Shown piece after piece: positions 10,367-19,417 of a stretch of 64,000 nucleotides of DNA. A model generated the notes under the pieces. That model worked only from the letters and a program-made list of their open reading frames with translations. It did not search any database and was not told the origin of the DNA. The position numbers and the translations under genes were made by a program. Every line of letters starts with the position of its first letter. Position 1 is the first letter of the stretch. The DNA comes from Minisyncoccota bacterium. GTDB lineage: Bacteria > Patescibacteriota > Minisyncoccia > Phycocordibacterales > CSBR16-193. The DNA is taken from assembly GCA_040905715.1 (NCBI GenBank), contig JBBDRA010000002.1, positions 101,968 to 165,967 on the forward strand. Reading direction: 5' to 3'.

Positions 10367-10804
10367 ATGCGTTTTCACGTCCCTCAATATATTGAAATAG
10401 AAAGCAAGCTGTTTGGACCGTTTACGCTCAAGCAGTTTATCTACCTCGCGGGTGGTATTGGCGCGAGTGTGGGGTTGTGGTTCGTGGTGCCGTATGCGGT
10501 CCTGTCTTTGCCGCTCATAGCTGCAGTTGCTTTGTTTTCATTTGCGCTTGCTTTCTACAAGGTTAATGAAAAGCCGTTCATTGAGGTGATGGAGGCTGCG
10601 TTTTACTATGCCGTAGGCTCAAAGCTCTATATTTGGGATCGGCACCGTAAAACCCCTACGAAGAAAGAAATCGCGGAGGCGGATAAGAAAGAGCAGGAGG
10701 CGAATGTGCCAAAACTGTCGAGCAGTAAGCTTAAAGATCTCACCTGGGACCTGGATACCAAGACCGGAGAGAAAGACGAAGATCTGTCAGATGAAACTAT
10801 TTGA
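10367..10804 (+). CDS. Small two-TM protein, PrgI/VirB3-like
   Basis: 145 aa with two hydrophobic helices, located immediately upstream of VirB4 as in Gram-positive conjugation loci. Confidence 0.45.
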   Translation: MRFHVPQYIEIESKLFGPFTLKQFIYLAGGIGASVGLWFVVPYAVLSLPLIAAVALFSFALAFYKVNEKPFIEVMEAAFYYAVGSKLYIWDRHRKTPTKKEIAEADKKEQEANVPKLSSSKLKDLTWDLDTKTGEKDEDLSDETI

Positions 10805-10891
10805 TCAGTTGCATAACTAACATGTAACGCATACGAACAAGACTGAATTGTTCATCGTATCGATATGATACACTAGAGAAAGCTCATTATT

Positions 10892-11554
10892 ATGGCAAAA
10901 CGAAGCACTCCATCACAAGATTTTATTCCGATCAAAGAGATTCGCGACGACGTTGTGATACTCAAGAACGGATCCCTGCGGGCCATACTTATGACCTCAA
11001 CGGTTAACTTTGGTTTGAAATCAAAAGAAGAGCAGGAGTCTACGCTCTATCAATTCCAGAACTTTTTAAATTCTCTCGATTTTTCTACGCAGATCTGTGT
11101 TCAGTCCCGTCGACTTGATATTCGTCCGTACCTTCAGCTTCTTGCGGAACGTCAAAAAGAACAAGTGAACGAGCTTCTAAAGGTTCAAACAAAAGAATAT
11201 ATAGAATTCGTTAAGACCTTTACCGCCAAAACAAATATAATGGCGAAGCATTTTTACGTTATTGTGCCGTATACGCCAACTACAATATCGACTTCCGGCG
11301 GTGGTATTGCGGATAAATTAAAAGGGTTAGTTGGCATGGGCGGATCTGACGACGAGAAAGAGGAGGCAGCTGAGCAAACATTTGATCAGCAGCGAAGCCA
11401 GCTTGAGGCACGGCTGTCTGTTGTGGAGCAGGGATTGATCCGCTCCGGTGTTCGCAGTGCTCGGCTCGGTACCGATGAGTTGACTGAACTTTTTTACCAG
11501 ACCTTTAACCCGGGCGAGACCGATATTCCGGTCAATAAATCGGATGATGAATAA
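10892..11554 (+). CDS. VirB4 N-terminal domain (Orf16/TcpF-like), a separate ORF from the ATPase body
   Basis: SQDFIPIKEIRDDVVILKNGSLRAILMTSTVNFGLKS...FQNFLNSLDFS matches the conserved N-terminal pattern of Gram-positive VirB4 homologs. Ends 24 nt before the ATPase ORF, which is in a different frame. Confidence 0.45.
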   Translation: MAKRSTPSQDFIPIKEIRDDVVILKNGSLRAILMTSTVNFGLKSKEEQESTLYQFQNFLNSLDFSTQICVQSRRLDIRPYLQLLAERQKEQVNELLKVQTKEYIEFVKTFTAKTNIMAKHFYVIVPYTPTTISTSGGGIADKLKGLVGMGGSDDEKEEAAEQTFDQQRSQLEARLSVVEQGLIRSGVRSARLGTDELTELFYQTFNPGETDIPVNKSDDE

Positions 11555-11577
11555 ATCGCGGTAATTGCACTATATAT

Positions 11578-13416
11578 ATGGGTATCCTTGGATTTGGAAA
11601 ATCAAAAAAAGAAGCATCTGACGACAGTCCGATCCTGCCACATCAATTAATGAACGCGGAGTCTTTGGAGCTCGAGGATATAATTGCCCCGAGTGCGCTT
11701 AAGATCACTCCGAAAGCGCTTCATCTCGGTAATAAGATCGTGCGGACACTGTTTGTGATCTCGTACCCGCGTTATCTTACCGAAAGTTGGTTCTCGCCGG
11801 TTATCAATCTAGATAAAGTTTTTGACGTATCGATCTTTATTCACCCGATCGAGACGAGTCAGATCCTGAAGAAGTTTCAGAAAAAAGTGGCAGAGGTGCA
11901 AAGTCAGATCCATGAGCGGGAAGATAAAGGGCTGGTACGTGATCCGCAACTTGACACTGCCTATCAGGATCTCGAGAATCTGCGTGACAAACTTCAGCAG
12001 GCGCAGGAACGTTTGTTCGATGTTGGGTTGTATCTCAGTATCTATGGAGACGATAAGGACGAACTGGATAAAATAGAATCAGAGATCCATTCGATCCTTG
12101 AGGCAAAACTTATTTACGTAAAACCGGCCCTGTTCCAGCAGGCGGAAGGTTTTCGTAGTGCGATCCCGATATCAACTGACGAGCTCGAAGTTCACTCAAA
12201 GTTGAATTCGACCCCGCTGTCGAGCATCTTTCCGTTTGTTTCGTTTGATCTCACGGCTGATTCAGGGATCTTGTACGGTGTTAACCGTCACAACTCAAGT
12301 CTTGTTCTGTTTGATCGCTACAGTCTTGAGAACTACAACTCAGTTACGCTCGCCAAGTCCGGTTCAGGTAAATCATACGGAACGAAACTCGAGATCCTTC
12401 GGTCACTTATGTTTGACACTGAGGTGATCGTGCTCGACCCGGAGCGCGAATACGAAAATCTCTCGGAAGCTGTTGGTGGTCGGTACTTTAATATCTCACT
12501 TACTTCCCAGCACCATATTAATCCGTTTGACCTGCCGGTGCCGACCGAAGACGAGTCTACCGCAAACATCATTCGCTCGAACATTATCCATCTGGTGGGT
12601 TTGTTCCGTATCATGATGGGTGGTTTGACGCCGGAGGAAGACGCGATTATCGATAAGGCGATCACGGAAACCTATGCTCTTAAGGATATTACCCCGGATG
12701 CTGATCTGACCAAGGTCGAAGCACCTTTGTTGTCGGACTTTGAGATGGTACTTTCGGGTATGGAAGGAGCCGAGTCGCTTTCGCAACGCCTTTCAAAGTA
12801 TACTGAAGGAACATGGGCTGGTTTTCTGAACCAGGCAACCAATGTGGATATCGAGCAGAAGTTCATCGTCTTTTCCCTGCGAGACATGGAGGACGAGTTG
12901 AAGCCGGTGGCGATGTACATCGTTACCCACCATATCTGGAATGCGATCCGTCGTCGCCTTCAGAAGCGATTGTTAGTGATCGACGAGGCGTGGTGGATGA
13001 TGAAATCTGAAGATACCGCTTCGTTCCTGCTTGGACTGGCGAAGCGAGGTCGAAAGTACTACCTTGGTCTGTCGACGATCACTCAAGATGTCGGTGACTT
13101 CCTCAAGTCTCCTTACGGCTTACCGATCATCACGAACTCATCGATGCAGTTTTTGATGAAGCAGTCGCCTTCCGGTGCGGAAAGACTTCAAGAGATCTTC
13201 CATCTTACTGAAGAGGAAAAATATCTCCTTATGGAGTCAGATGTTGGAGAAGGTATCTTCTTTGCCGGTATGAAGCATGTCGCGGTAAAAGTAATAGCCA
13301 GCTATACCGAAGATCAGATCATTACGTCTGACCCTTCTGAGATCATGGCGATCAAGAAGTCCAAAAAAGAATTTAATGAACAGGATAGTGACGAGAAGCA
13401 AGAACCGATCAATTAA
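11578..13416 (+). CDS. virB4: VirB4/TraC/CagE-family type IV secretion ATPase (body)
   Basis: Walker A AKSGSGKS and Walker B LLVIDEAWWMM, 612 aa. With the preceding 220-aa ORF the total reaches about 830 aa, typical for VirB4. Confidence 0.8.
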   Translation: MGILGFGKSKKEASDDSPILPHQLMNAESLELEDIIAPSALKITPKALHLGNKIVRTLFVISYPRYLTESWFSPVINLDKVFDVSIFIHPIETSQILKKFQKKVAEVQSQIHEREDKGLVRDPQLDTAYQDLENLRDKLQQAQERLFDVGLYLSIYGDDKDELDKIESEIHSILEAKLIYVKPALFQQAEGFRSAIPISTDELEVHSKLNSTPLSSIFPFVSFDLTADSGILYGVNRHNSSLVLFDRYSLENYNSVTLAKSGSGKSYGTKLEILRSLMFDTEVIVLDPEREYENLSEAVGGRYFNISLTSQHHINPFDLPVPTEDESTANIIRSNIIHLVGLFRIMMGGLTPEEDAIIDKAITETYALKDITPDADLTKVEAPLLSDFEMVLSGMEGAESLSQRLSKYTEGTWAGFLNQATNVDIEQKFIVFSLRDMEDELKPVAMYIVTHHIWNAIRRRLQKRLLVIDEAWWMMKSEDTASFLLGLAKRGRKYYLGLSTITQDVGDFLKSPYGLPIITNSSMQFLMKQSPSGAERLQEIFHLTEEEKYLLMESDVGEGIFFAGMKHVAVKVIASYTEDQIITSDPSEIMAIKKSKKEFNEQDSDEKQEPIN

Positions 13417-13422
13417 CCTTCC

Positions 13423-14115
13423 ATGCCAGAACCGCGCCCTTATAGCAACGATACGAGAAGAGAGACAGGTCCGGCACCGGTAGCGCCGGGAGGGGTTGGT
13501 CCTAAGATGGGAAATGAAGAGGATTTTGAAAAAGATTTCTCTCAAGAAAAGAAGTCTGCGGTAAAAGAGGGTGAGGGTGGGCAGCAAAAAAGATTACAAC
13601 AGCAAAAAACTGGAAGAGGGTCGCGTAAAGGTCGGGTTGCACAACGTGGTTTAACGCGGGCTCGCGCAAAAACTCGTCAGGCGCTTCGAGCGAGCCGAAG
13701 GCAGGAGCAGTTAGAGCAGAGCGTCTCCCAAACTCCAAAGAAAAAGCTGACAGGGTGGCCGTTCTACGTTGTTCTGTTTCTCGCGATCATTAAAGATATT
13801 GTTGACATTATCGTGACGATATTTGTAATCTCTTCAATTGCGAGTACAGCTGCTGCTGCGTTGCTTACCATTGTTATCGTTCCATACTATCTTTACAGCG
13901 GTGTTTTGCCGAAAACAAAGAAGGTTGTGATGTGGGTTATTACAGCTGTTATTGCGTATGTTCCGTTTCTCGCGGTTCTCCCTACGGCAACAATTAATGT
14001 TGTTTTGACACGGATCATGACGAACAATGAGCTTTTCCAGGCAGTGGCAAGCAAGGTAAGCGTAAAAGGAAACATCCGCCGAACCGCGCGTCGAAAAGCA
14101 CAGTCAGCAATGTAG
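13423..14115 (+). CDS. Membrane protein (basic N-terminal region, three C-terminal TM helices)
   Basis: Composition and hydropathy from the translation. Confidence 0.4.
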   Translation: MPEPRPYSNDTRRETGPAPVAPGGVGPKMGNEEDFEKDFSQEKKSAVKEGEGGQQKRLQQQKTGRGSRKGRVAQRGLTRARAKTRQALRASRRQEQLEQSVSQTPKKKLTGWPFYVVLFLAIIKDIVDIIVTIFVISSIASTAAAALLTIVIVPYYLYSGVLPKTKKVVMWVITAVIAYVPFLAVLPTATINVVLTRIMTNNELFQAVASKVSVKGNIRRTARRKAQSAM

Positions 14116-14167
14116 TGGATAATATGCTCACCCCACTTCTAAATAGACGTGATAGAATAACACTATA

Positions 14168-14899
14168 ATGCAAGCGATGAGCATAAAACATAAAGTATTT
14201 ACAGGTCTTGCGATAGCGCTTTTGCTAATACTTGCCCCAAGCGCTCTAGTTCAAGCGCAAGAAGTCGACGTGGATCTGATCTGGGAGGCAGAGTCGTATA
14301 CGCCGGTTTTGTATGACGGAAAATCACGCTATACACCGGGTGCGTCGGTAACACTGCAGGCAGTGCCGTATCGTGTCGGGACAGGTGAAACTATTGATCC
14401 AGCTGTTACAGAATTTACTTGGAAAGTTAATGGGCGACAGATGCGCCAGGGAGTGGGAGAAGATGCGTTTGTTTTCAATGGGTCTACGCAAAAAGAGCAC
14501 ACGATCTCGGTTACGCTAAGAAACAGTAATAAGATAAGTCAGTCAGTAACACTAAAACCATCAGCTCCGGAAGTTGTTTTGTATCCCGAAAGCCCTCTTT
14601 ACGGTACTCAGTCTGCATTTGCACTTATGGGAACATTTCACATGCGTGATCAAGAAGCAACTATTCGCGCCGTACCGTATTACTTCACGGTTGCGTCCGC
14701 GGTCGATCTAGGGCTCCTCTATCGCTGGAGTGTTAACGGAGAGGATATAGATCAGGATCTCACAGGAGACGATGCTTCCGCGTTAACCATGCGTGCCCCC
14801 GAAGGCAATGGATCGGCGCATCTCGGGTTAGAGGTGGAGAAGCAAAACTCACTGTATCATCTTGTCCGAGATCAGTTGAATGTCAGATACGGGCTATAG
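14168..14899 (+). CDS. Secreted hypothetical protein
   Basis: Signal peptide MQAMSIKHKVFTGLAIALLLILAPSALVQA followed by a beta-rich composition. Confidence 0.45.
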   Translation: MQAMSIKHKVFTGLAIALLLILAPSALVQAQEVDVDLIWEAESYTPVLYDGKSRYTPGASVTLQAVPYRVGTGETIDPAVTEFTWKVNGRQMRQGVGEDAFVFNGSTQKEHTISVTLRNSNKISQSVTLKPSAPEVVLYPESPLYGTQSAFALMGTFHMRDQEATIRAVPYYFTVASAVDLGLLYRWSVNGEDIDQDLTGDDASALTMRAPEGNGSAHLGLEVEKQNSLYHLVRDQLNVRYGL

Positions 14900-15740
14900 C
14901 TCATCGAGAGACATGAATACTTTATTTATTATAATAAAAAAACAGTATCAGATACTCGGGGGAGTGGTTCTTGCTTTTATACTTCCGGTGGTTACGTACG
15001 CTCAAAATGATTACGTGCCGTTGGTGCCACTACCAGGGATCGATGGGTCCGGAGGGATCGGGCTGGCAAATTACTTTCAGCAGATGTTCATTCTACTGCT
15101 TAGTTTAACCACGGTCTTCGCGGTGTTGATGATTGTGATTGGCGGATTGCAATACATGACGGCCGGGGACAATGCGAGCAAAGTATCTGGAGCAAAAGAA
15201 ACCATTCAAAATGCTTTATACGGCCTTTTTCTTGCTATCGGTGCCTGGCTCATTCTTTACACCATTAATCCGACCATCCTCAGCTTAACAATCGGGGGTG
15301 ACGAGATTGAGCATCAATCATCCTATGGGTTTATGCGCAATCGAGTGACAACAGCCACGGTGTCGTCTGATTGGATGGGAAACAATTTTTTTGAATATAT
15401 CGCCGGCGCGAGCGACCCGGAGGATGCCGCAATTCAACAGTGCCTCCAAAAAGCCGCACAAATAAATAATGTAAGGGACGAGTATAATATATATAATATT
15501 CAGTCCGGTATGTGCACCAATCCAGAACAGGTCACTCGATATGATGGAGCTGTTGGGTACATCGCTCGTTTTGATTATGCGCGCGTATTCCCCGATACCC
15601 GTTTCGGGCCTGAGCGGTATTTCTCGGATACCATTGAAGAATGCCGAAATCGGCGGGATACAATAATACAGTCAGCAGCGAACCTGGGCGTACCGGCGAG
15701 CGCTCTAGATGCTTCTAATTGTCAGCCGTACACTCATTAA
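14880..15740 (+). CDS. VirB2/TrbC-like pilin with a C-terminal extension
   Basis: Signal peptide, then two closely spaced hydrophobic helices (FILLLSLTTVFAVLMIVIGGLQY and LYGLFLAIGAWLILYTI) typical of T4SS pilins, then roughly 150 aa of Cys-containing extension. Confidence 0.5.
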   Translation: MSDTGYSSSRDMNTLFIIIKKQYQILGGVVLAFILPVVTYAQNDYVPLVPLPGIDGSGGIGLANYFQQMFILLLSLTTVFAVLMIVIGGLQYMTAGDNASKVSGAKETIQNALYGLFLAIGAWLILYTINPTILSLTIGGDEIEHQSSYGFMRNRVTTATVSSDWMGNNFFEYIAGASDPEDAAIQQCLQKAAQINNVRDEYNIYNIQSGMCTNPEQVTRYDGAVGYIARFDYARVFPDTRFGPERYFSDTIEECRNRRDTIIQSAANLGVPASALDASNCQPYTH

Positions 15741-17080
15741 ATATGAAAAAGATCTTATACATCGCTGTGGTGCTTCTTGTTGTCGTTTGTGCGGCTGCTG
15801 TCGGTCTGTACGCATACCTACCAATCGGTGATGTGAATCCGGAGACCGGCGAGATAGTAAAGATCCAGGATTATTTGCCAATAGCAAATGATAGATCAGG
15901 TGATCCGGATTCTTCAGATGCGGGAGGTGATCAGACTCAGGATGAGGAAGGAGGTTCTCCGGCTGATACAACGTCTTCAGACGAAGAGACCTTACCGGCG
16001 CTGCGCGACCTTTCCGGAGAACCGGTTGCTGGTGCGATCGCGTTTGAGCAGACAGAGCAAGTAGGAACATCAACCCATGTATTTACTGAGATACGCTACA
16101 CGACGGTTGCACAAGGACACGTGCACAGTGCTCGGTCTGATCGGTCGGGTACCGACAGGGTTACCAATGAAACAAATCGAAAAACCGTTAATTCTGTCTG
16201 GACATCACCCGTTACCACAATTTTGCAGACAGTTGATACTAACAGGGATAGTATTACATCGCTGCTGGTTACGATCCACGATGAGCAGGCCACGTCATCC
16301 TCTCTGCGAGAGGTGAGTGGAAATTTTCTTAGCAACACTATTAAGAACATTGTCTCGGCACCAACCGGTGGTCAGATAGTCCTGATTCGATCGCAAGAGA
16401 GTGGTGGGGTTTCTGTTGAAGTAGGTCAGCCGGGAGAACAGATGACGGTGTTGTATACGACACCGCTGAGTGACTGGCAGATCGCATGGCCGGCTTCGGC
16501 ACAGGTTTTATTGACAACCAATCCGGGTGCTGGTGATGACGGATTCCTGTATTCGATCAATACGCAAAACGGCGCACGTACTCGATTGCTCGGTGGTATT
16601 GCCGGTCTGACAGTACGTATGAATTCGGGTGGTTCAAGGTTGCTTTACAATGAGAGTACGAGGAGCGGATTCCAGTTGTACAGCTACACTATTGAAACAG
16701 GTGAGAGCTCTGAACTTGTCACACACCAAACTCTGCCTGAGAAATGCACATGGAGTTCCGAGAGTTCAATAATTGCTTACTGCGGTGTTCCAAGAGAGGT
16801 TCCGTCTGCTCAGTATCCAGATGATTGGTATAAAGGTCGTGTGTCATTTGACGACCACCTAGCCCGGTTTAATGTCGAGACAGGAAAGGTTGAAATTCTT
16901 GAGGATCTCTCAGCAAAAATAGAAGGAGGTGGGGACGTTATCGAGCCCTTCCTCGGGCCCAACGAAGAGTATCTTTTCTTCACCAACAAAAAAGACGGTC
17001 ACTTGTGGAGCTACCGTCTCTCTGATTCAGAAGAGGCGGCTTCGACCAACTCTGGCTCTGAAGAGGGAGCTGATTTCTAG
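15719..17080 (+). CDS. Membrane-anchored beta-propeller-like protein (PD40/TolB-like repeats)
   Basis: N-terminal TM helix, Asp/Ser-rich linker and repeated beta-strand motifs. Confidence 0.45.
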   Translation: MSAVHSLNMKKILYIAVVLLVVVCAAAVGLYAYLPIGDVNPETGEIVKIQDYLPIANDRSGDPDSSDAGGDQTQDEEGGSPADTTSSDEETLPALRDLSGEPVAGAIAFEQTEQVGTSTHVFTEIRYTTVAQGHVHSARSDRSGTDRVTNETNRKTVNSVWTSPVTTILQTVDTNRDSITSLLVTIHDEQATSSSLREVSGNFLSNTIKNIVSAPTGGQIVLIRSQESGGVSVEVGQPGEQMTVLYTTPLSDWQIAWPASAQVLLTTNPGAGDDGFLYSINTQNGARTRLLGGIAGLTVRMNSGGSRLLYNESTRSGFQLYSYTIETGESSELVTHQTLPEKCTWSSESSIIAYCGVPREVPSAQYPDDWYKGRVSFDDHLARFNVETGKVEILEDLSAKIEGGGDVIEPFLGPNEEYLFFTNKKDGHLWSYRLSDSEEAASTNSGSEEGADF

Positions 17081-17090
17081 ACGTATTGAT

Positions 17091-17576
17091 CTAGTTGACT
17101 GAGGGCTCAGGTTCATCAGTATAGGTAATAACGACGTGACGCTTCTCGCCGACTCCTTCAGAGCATGTTTCGATGTCTGAGACATTGCTCAGTACGTCGT
17201 GGACCACGAAACGCTCGAACGAACTCATAGGCTCCATGGCGATGGAGTTTTTTAGTGAGCGAGCACGCTCAGCGCAAGCCGATGCTTTTTGCGTAAGTGC
17301 TTCGCGTGCGTGTTCACGGTGATAGTTTACGTCAATAGAAAAAACGGCCACATCAGGGCCGAGCTGTTTGCGTGCTATTTGGTGGACAAGGGTGTTTATT
17401 GCTTGCAAATGCGTGCCGTCTGAGCCGATCAGTTCCTTGTCGTTTTCTGCGCTGATCATGAATACCGGGCGGGTTTCATGATCGTGCATGGTGATATCGC
17501 TGTATGAGACGCTAAGAGCGCTCAGGAACCCCTCGATGATCCTCTGTATTTGCTGATTGGTGTCATCGGTCGGCAT
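17091..17576 (-). CDS. jag: Jag/KhpB-like RNA-binding protein (KH/R3H)
   Basis: Conserved position downstream of yidC. R3H-like C-terminal region. Confidence 0.6.
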   Translation of the reverse strand: MPTDDTNQQIQRIIEGFLSALSVSYSDITMHDHETRPVFMISAENDKELIGSDGTHLQAINTLVHQIARKQLGPDVAVFSIDVNYHREHAREALTQKASACAERARSLKNSIAMEPMSSFERFVVHDVLSNVSDIETCSEGVGEKRHVVITYTDEPEPSVN

Positions 17577-17587
17577 AAGGGGTGGTG

Positions 17588-18490
17588 TTATCTATTTCTC
17601 TTTGCGTGCTTTTTCTTTCGTTTGTTTTTCTTTTGCGGTCGGGCTCCCGGGGTTTTTTGCTGCTCAGTACTTTGCGCGTGATTTTGTGCGTTAACCGCGT
17701 GTTCTGGTAGTGGGTCGGTAGTGTCGGGTGCTGACTCCGGGGTTTTTTCGGTGTCTTTCTGGTTTTGCATCTCTCGGCGTACTACGAGCTCCTGTCCAAG
17801 TGTGAAGAGGTTCGAGGTGATCCAGTAAAGCGCGATGGCGCCGGAGATGCTCCAGGCAATGAAAAAGACAATAACCGGGAAAACGTAGCGCATTTGTATG
17901 TTCATGCTGCGCATGAGGTCTTCTTTAAAGTTCGGCTCACTTGAGGTTTTCGGCTTGAGCGGAGGCATCGAGTAGCGGATCTGGAAAAAGCTCGTGATTG
18001 AAGCAAATACTGCCAGTACCCAGCTTTTACCGGCCAATGAGAGGAACGAAAGCCCGAATAATTGCACGGTTACCAACTCCGGTTCTTGAACAAAGGAGTA
18101 AAGAAGCTCTTGGTCGATCTCTGGCAGGCCGGTGCTTAAAAATATATGATACAGTGCAATAATGATCGGGAGCTGGATCAGGATAAGCAGAAAACTGGAG
18201 AACGGATTGATCCCTTTTTCCTTATAAAAGGCCATCATTTCCTGCGCTTGTGCCTGCTTGTCTTCTTTGTGCTTTTCCTTGATCTCTTTGAGCTCGTCTT
18301 CGTGTGAGCGCATCTTCATCTGCGTTTTGACTGCTTTTCGCGATAGCGGGAAAAGCAGGAGACGAACGAGTACCGTGAAGACGATAACCGCAAGTCCGGC
18401 ATCGCTCCATGGCAAGAACCACATTACAAAAACGAGGCCGTTATAAAGCGGCTCGTAGACAACGAAATTAAAAGCGTCAACGATAAACAT
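17588..18490 (-). CDS. yidC: Membrane protein insertase YidC
   Basis: YidC/Oxa1 signature helices (YNGLVFVMWFLP..., LYKEKGINPFSS). Start chosen at the internal Met of ORF 17588-18580. Confidence 0.8.
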   Translation of the reverse strand: MFIVDAFNFVVYEPLYNGLVFVMWFLPWSDAGLAVIVFTVLVRLLLFPLSRKAVKTQMKMRSHEDELKEIKEKHKEDKQAQAQEMMAFYKEKGINPFSSFLLILIQLPIIIALYHIFLSTGLPEIDQELLYSFVQEPELVTVQLFGLSFLSLAGKSWVLAVFASITSFFQIRYSMPPLKPKTSSEPNFKEDLMRSMNIQMRYVFPVIVFFIAWSISGAIALYWITSNLFTLGQELVVRREMQNQKDTEKTPESAPDTTDPLPEHAVNAQNHAQSTEQQKTPGARPQKKNKRKKKHAKRNR

Positions 18491-18622
18491 GCTCTCTACT
18501 CTAGCGCATCCGCAGGCTTTTTTCAATTTATCCGGTACACTCTTTAGGTTTACGTCAAAGGTGTGTCCAGCCACATGCACGCACGCGTGTACAGCAGGAC
18601 TAATCTAAAACGGGTGGAGTGA

Positions 18623-18970
18623 TTACCCGTTATATACTTTTGCTTTTCTTAGTATTTTCTCAAGGTCGGACGCGACCTCCTCCGAGGAGGCGTCGCGAAT
18701 AGATGATTTGGCGTATAAAGCAATTTTCCAGCCGTCCTGGGTGTGCCCCAAAAGGTCGTTGATGGCGTGGTGTACACGTCGTTTAATCCGATGACGTTCA
18801 ACTGCTCCTTTGGTTACTTTTTGAGAGATGATCACGGCAAACCGGGCAGGAGATGATTCAGTAGAAAGAGTGCGTGCAACAAAAAACGATGAGTGAGTTA
18901 CTCTCACTGCATCGTTTGTCTGCATCTCCTTAAGCATCTCGGTAGTGAGTCGTCGGCTACGGGGAAGCAT
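18623..18970 (-). CDS. rnpA: RNase P protein component
   Basis: FAVIISQKVTKGAVERHRIKRRV motif and rpmH-rnpA-yidC synteny. Confidence 0.8.
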   Translation of the reverse strand: MLPRSRRLTTEMLKEMQTNDAVRVTHSSFFVARTLSTESSPARFAVIISQKVTKGAVERHRIKRRVHHAINDLLGHTQDGWKIALYAKSSIRDASSEEVASDLEKILRKAKVYNG

Positions 18971-19013
18971 GGGAAGAATATATACAGCTTTTAAACCGGG
19001 TCTTTAAGCTGCG

Positions 19014-19157
19014 GTTACACCGTAGAGAGCTTGGTGCGTCCTTTGCGACGTCGACGTCGCAGAATGTTTCGGCCGTCTGCTGTACGGGATCGTTTCCGAA
19101 AACCGTGCACTCGTGCACGCTTCTTTCGTTTCGGGTTGTAGGTTAGTCCTTGTGGCA
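19014..19157 (-). CDS. rpmH: 50S ribosomal protein L34
   Basis: Hand translation gives [47 protein letters not shown]. Too short for the ORF track. Confidence 0.85.
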
Positions 19158-19417
19158 TGTGCATTGTTATATCATAGAAGCGAAGAGAGCTCAAGTCTTT
19201 TTATTTGTCTTTGTTGCGAGAAAAGGTACCGGGAAAAAGGTGCGACATTTATCACAAACAGTATTGCAGTGGGTAGCAGAAGTGTGTCCTGTATGCAATA
19301 CACACCTTGTGCACACGCTGTTCACAAAACCGGGCAAGCAAAAAAATGAGGAGCTTCTATAATGGCATCAACGAACATTTTATTATCAAGAGCTGGATGT
19401 GATACACTTACTGCCGT
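19158..19417. other. Candidate chromosomal origin (oriC) between rpmH and dnaA
   Basis: Conserved rpmH | dnaA intergenic position, an AT-rich stretch and degenerate DnaA-box-like 9-mers. TGTGGACAA overlaps the dnaA start. Confidence 0.45.
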
